From Antedon mediterranea (Eukaryota; Animalia; Echinodermata): DNA of 64,000 nucleotides. Made by a program: the position numbers and the translations under genes. This document shows, in pieces, positions 59,601 through 64,000 of this stretch (positions within the stretch are counted from its first letter, which is position 1; every line of letters starts with the position of its first letter). The notes under the pieces are model-generated. The model made no database searches, was not told the origin of the DNA, and saw only the letters and a program-made list of their open reading frames with translations. The stretch is from contig NC_092672.1 in NCBI RefSeq assembly GCF_964355755.1, positions 38,694,437 to 38,758,436 of the forward strand. Reading direction: 5' to 3'.

Positions 59601-62600
59601 AGAGTTACTGCTTGATATGATCAGGGAGATGTAAAATAATCTCCCTTATACTAGGGCCGTATCCATCTGAAATTTTAAGTTTTCACTACCAACTACTATT
59701 TTACACAACTTGACATTACCTTTAGTCCAAAATATGGCTATTTTTATTTATTAAAACAGAAAAATGGTTTGTAATCTCAAATTATTGTTGTTTTCTAGTG
59801 CAAAGAGGAAAATGATTTGAATGACAATGAAGTAAATTGTGGAAGTTGTGGGCCTGTGGAAGGAGGTGTTCGAAATGATTGTGGATATTGTAGTTCAAGT
59901 TCACCTGAACAGTCAGAAGTAGCTTGTACAGATGGAGTATGTAACCATGAGAATACAGGTATAAAAACCACCAATACAAAATGTATATAAGGGATACTGA
60001 GGTACACATCCAAATCAATCCTTACCCTTCTTTTTGCTGTTTCCTGAATTTACAAAATGCCCAATTGATGCCTCATAATTCAGTTGCAATTGGGTATTTG
60101 AACCTTGGTTCCCACTTGGACGCAACGCAAGTAATTTGACCAATCACGGCACATAACGGCACAATGGCTCAAACTGTTGCATGTGATTGGTCGACTCTAA
60201 TCTTGAAGGACACTATTAAATAATGCTTTATTCAGATTCATTCTGGTTATAAATAAAAAATAAACTAAATAAACTAAATACGGTAAACTAAATAAACTCT
60301 CTGATTGTATTTTCAGAATACTTAGAAAGTTGTGACACATGTCAACAAGACGATGTTGATGAAATTTGTCCCGATTGTGAAATGAACGTGGTGGAGGAGG
60401 AAAATGAATTTTGCCAAAGATATGGGGTAAGATTCTATTGGTCAACATCACTTATTCTGTATATTAAGCTCTGTCTACACTATAAAACTAGTTTCACAAA
60501 AAAAAGTGTGATGTGCCCAAATAATGGTATTAATATGACATCATGTCTATTAAGCTCTGTCTACACTATAAAACTAGTTTTACAAAAAAAAGTGTGATGT
60601 GTCCAAATAATGGTATTGATATGACATCATGTCTATTAAGCTCTGTCTACACTATAAAACTAGTTTCACAAAAAAAATGTGATGTGCCCAAATAATGGTA
60701 TTGATATGACATCATCATGTCCATATTTTGGTACATCACATTTTTTTGTCACATAAAGTTTTAGTGTAGACAGAGCTTAACGCAGAAGTCTACAATGCAT
60801 GGTGAGGTAAACAGTATTTTACGATCATTGATACTATCTTATATGATCACTATTTTATGTAAACTATTGAAATGGTTTGAAACAAGAATGTTGTTTAAAG
60901 TACATACTTCGGAATTGTTTAAAATGTTCAATCAAATGTTGTACTCATGTTGAACTCATGTTGAACTAATGTTGAACTAATGTTGTACTCATGTTGTACT
61001 CATGTTGAACTCATGTTGTACCATTGAACTAATTATAAACATTATTTTTGTATATTATCCACCTTAAATCTAACCTTTGACCATATATATTTTTCAGAAA
61101 TTGCAGTCAGCTCCATTTACTTGTTTACTCCAGGACATGTTAGATGTAAGTTGTCGAATCTTAAGTCTTGTCTCTGCACTATCAAACTCTATCGCCCGTA
61201 TTCTTAAACCGGACTTTAGTCGTAGTTCGAGCTAAAACTAAAAAAATGACGTCATTTTAATTCATAAACCGAACTTCAACTAAATCACCGACTAAATCAG
61301 GCCAACCTCGACTAAATCGAGACGGATTTTGATCGATTTTTTTAGTCCTGGAGGGGGCAGACTAAATGGTCGACTAAATGGTTTTTAAACGATGTTTATA
61401 AAAAATGTAACAGTCATTGAGTTGTTATATTGGCCAGATATTGACGAATGAAATATCTATATTTATATTAGCTTAATTAAATATACATTGGTATATGTTA
61501 TAATAATGAAAATCATCTTTATTTACAACTGTATACAAATTACATAATTTTCTTCGCGCAAGTCCGACTTCAACTACGTCACGCCATAGCGACAATGGCA
61601 GATGCGGAAATTCACCACGCGATGGAATGTTTAGTGGGCCTAGCGCTTTCTTGTCACGCTATGAAGTGTGTGGTTCGTCGCGATCATACCTTGTTGGGGG
61701 CCTAGAAAATATAAAAGTTACCGTACCGCCATGGTTCCTAAATATATTTTGAAGATTTTGTTTGTTGTTAATCAAAAGTACTTCACTGTTAAATTAATAC
61801 TGATCTTGTTCTAATAATTAACGATTAAAATTATTTTTCATGTATAGTCCTGATGCGTAAAAAGTGTTGTAAGAAAATGGAAAGTGATATCAATGCGCAA
61901 AATTTCGTCTGCTCCTCAAATACTCTCTTGTCATTGGCCAATGTATAGCCTTTGTTACCCAGACGTGTGCAACTCGACTAAAAGCTCGACTTCATTAAGT
62001 CGAACTGCAAACTTCGACTACTTCGTTTTTGAATCGAATTTGAAGTAATAGCTCGAACTACGACTTTTCCAAGTCGAACTTCGAACTATGACTAAAGTCC
62101 GGTTTAAGAATACGGGCGTATGTGACAAAAGAGTGTGATGTGCCCGAATATGGTAGTGATATGCCAAAATATGGTAGTGATATGACATCATCATGTCCAT
62201 ATATGGGCACATCACATTTTGTTGTCACATAAAGCTTGATAGTGTAGACAGAGCATTTAATGTACTGTTGTTCTACTACTACTTCCTATTCAATGAATTT
62301 TCTGTATTAAAATGACAAAAAGACATTGCCAGTGAATTTCTTATATTGTAGTTATATTGTAAAGTTGCGTGACAAATTGGTGTTGATTTATGTGTAATGC
62401 AAGTATGTGTTTTGTTTTTATAACAGAAAGGGGAAAATGAAGACTCCGGAGATTTTATAGCTGCAGAAGATATTGCTAAATTCAAACTAGAAAACAAAAA
62501 CTTTTCTCAGAAACGCAAAAAACTTAGGGCTAAATTATTAAGAGAGTTCCAGGAAAAGTTTGTACCTGGTAACAACGGAGAAGGCTACCATCATAGATGC

Positions 62601-62654
62601 TGTCATCACTTGGATAAGTGTACATCAGAAATCAGTCAAATGTTTCTGGACTAA
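50683..62654 (+). CDS. GGNBP2: Gametogenetin-binding protein 2 (ZNF403/DIF3), about 13 coding exons
   Basis: MAKLIAVC..QVPLEVEDNLK|MVMQLP, ITCVGCRRSIE, KKGSKRCALHSLDSHK, TMDAYLRKHRFCTECKSKVTRAFNILIGE..KEKGYC, RERHAKTIDVAQEEVLTCLG, LRAEEQTCQLL; last exon 62427-62654 ends in TAA. Confidence 0.93.
51739..51955 (+). mobile_element. tRNA-derived SINE, family A
   Basis: A box TGGCTTGGTAG, B box GGTTCAAGTCC; 3' body shared with 39038-39330. A related head lies at about 29446-29510. Confidence 0.72.
52436..52752. repeat. ~80-87-bp tandem repeat, about 4 copies
   Basis: ACTTACTGTATCTCTACTCTTGGTGAAAATTCTACACCCTTTT.. repeated. Confidence 0.9.
53040..53382 (-). mobile_element. Near full-length tRNA-derived SINE, family B, with a V/Meta-like central domain
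   Basis: Minus strand: A box TGGCCAAGCGG, B box GGTTCGAGGC, then GATAAGGACTAT..AAAC..TTTGAGACGAGTAGGGGGTTACCCCGGTGT. Fragments also at about 32786, 35980 and 54565. Confidence 0.7.
54197..54527. repeat. 36-bp minisatellite, about 9 perfect copies
   Basis: CTCATATTCCTCATCTTCCTATACTGTGTGCAGAAC repeated; source of three spurious ORFs. Confidence 0.96.
55527..58043. mobile_element. Tc1/mariner-type MITE whose right TIR is split by a later insertion
   Basis: TA|CAGTCGACTCCGCCTAAGTCGAAT on the left; the right TIR reconstitutes as TTCGACTTAGGCG+GAGTCGAC after removing 56259-58035. Confidence 0.82.
56259..58027. mobile_element. hAT-like non-autonomous element, 8-bp TSD, with an internal ~325-bp tandem triplication
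   Basis: CTTAGGCG|CAGTGGTGGCGCCAG ... CTGGCGCCACCCCTG|CTTAGGCG; repeat units start near 56331, 56654 and 56982. Confidence 0.85.
60937..61030. repeat. 11-bp tandem repeat (ATGTTGWACTC)n
   Basis: About 8 copies visible. Confidence 0.85.
61193..62118. mobile_element. 926-bp Harbinger-like MITE with TAT TSD, nested in a copy of the small AGCTCTGTCTACAC MITE
   Basis: TAT|CGCCCGTATTCTTAAACCGGACTTTAGTC ... GACTAAAGTCCGGTTTAAGAATACGGGCG|TAT; the flanks rejoin to ATCAAACTCTATGTGAC, as in the intact copy at 63277. Confidence 0.87.
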
Positions 62655-63639
62655 GCTACTAGGTCTTGAATCATCAATTTACTTTTGTTGTTGGCTTCAG
62701 TTTGACAGACAAGAACTGAGAAGTTTATGAGCTTCAGTAAAATATATCATATCAAATATTTTAGTCCAACTGGAATAATATTGGTTTTTTACAATAAAAA
62801 AAAATTTATTTCTTACAAGTGATTGAAAAAAGAGACAGTTTATTCTAATGACATTTATCATTTGTATCCAACATCATTATTTCCATCTTTTGTTTTCTTT
62901 CAATATTTTTTTTAAAATTATTATTTTAACAGCTATGTGTAATCCTGGGGTCATCCTGGGGTCACTTGATAATAAAACGATTGAATCGCTACTACATTTA
63001 TTCAACAAATGTAGCAAAGCACACTGCTGAGTAAGGTTATAAATGTTACCAATATTAATTTTTATTTTGAAGATGTAAAAGAATTCCGTAGTAATTTATA
63101 CCTTGTGATGCAAGAATATATTATTAAATCTTCCATTTTTTTAAATTTATTTACATATTGATTGTATAAATTTAGAACATTGAAATGTATGTTGATCATC
63201 AACAAGAAACATGATATTGATTTCCAAGTATATTTGAAAACTTACAATTTTGTTGTGTTTTATTTGATAAAATCTAAAGTTCTGTCTACACTATCAAACT
63301 CTATGTGACTAAACAATGTGATGTGCCCATATATATCATATCACATCGCTACCATATCACCACCATATTCATACTTTTTTAGCCAAACTAGTTTGATAAT
63401 GTAGACAGAGCGATTCACATTTTTGTGTCATGACAGTGTAAATGCAGAAAATAGTTCTTTAAAATTGCTTTTTTGTAATAATCGACTTAAACTGTGGAGG
63501 GATAACTGATTAGAACATGTTGATATTTTATCAGGTATCAGAGATTAAAATATAATTTCCCATATATAACATTATTATATAACAGTAGGTACAGTACAGG
63601 TAAAGTACAGTAGTACAACAGTTAGGATCGGTGAGAGAG

Positions 63640-63720
63640 ACACGCCCATTTTTCCTGGGATTTGCCCTGATCCGGAAGTGAAAGTATCTTACGCAGTATA
63701 GAGTAACTCTCTCAGCAGCA
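63640..63720 (+). promoter_or_regulatory. Probable 14-3-3 promoter with an ETS/GABP-type site
   Basis: CCGGAAGTG at 63672-63680, about 210 nt upstream of the ATG. Confidence 0.45.
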
Positions 63721-63886
63721 GCAGCAAAGAGAGAAAAAAGTGAGAGATTGAGATTGTGTGAACGAGGCTAGTTGTCGCGTCGCGTACCAAACTGAGGATT
63801 ATTAACGTCTTTACATTACAACAATACAGAGAATAACTTACTGTTTATAATCTGTTTTGATCACAAATTTGCAAGATAAATCCACC

Positions 63887-63950
63887 ATGACTGATCGACA
63901 GGATAATGTCTTCACAGCTAAAATAGCTGAACAAGCTGAGAGATATGATG
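63887..63950 (+). CDS. YWHAE: 14-3-3 protein (epsilon-like), first coding exon only
   Basis: CCACC-ATG context; MTDRQDNVFTAKIAEQAERYD plus a phase-1 GT donor after 64 nt, the position typical of 14-3-3 epsilon genes. Confidence 0.88.
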
Positions 63951-64000
63951 GTAGGGTCTGGCGATGGATATGAAATTATTGTTTTTATCGACGGTTTAGC

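Overview
AT-rich, intron-rich animal genomic DNA, not prokaryotic. It is probably an invertebrate deuterostome such as an echinoderm (inferred from gene sequences and repeat types). Most entries in the ORF track are exon fragments or repeat artefacts. Manual splicing gives seven protein genes: a TAO kinase missing its 5' exons (+, to 13694), BCAS3 (+, 17280-25727), an uncharacterised ~1,200-aa multi-exon gene (+, 28304-40589), INO80E (-, 41192-42873), RPL6 head-to-head with it (+, 43467-46553), GGNBP2 (+, 50683-62654) and exon 1 of a 14-3-3 epsilon-like gene (+, 63887-63950). Introns and intergenic DNA carry many non-autonomous elements: a Harbinger-like MITE family (about 11 copies), a Helitron, MuDR-like, hAT-like, P-like and Tc1/mariner-like MITEs, two tRNA-derived SINE families, LINE 3' fragments and about ten minisatellites. 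The main leads are: (1) the uncharacterised protein is built from two diverged copies of one large module, each starting with a Dpy-30/RIIa-like docking helix pair; (2) a candidate minimal hammerhead ribozyme in BCAS3 intron 1; (3) a three-level transposon nest in GGNBP2 that is itself inserted into another repeat; (4) TAGGCCTA/CTAG palindromes concentrated at gene 5' ends; (5) an 800-bp element with about 20 TTGCGCAA palindromes. Exon boundaries were read by eye and may be off by a few bases.
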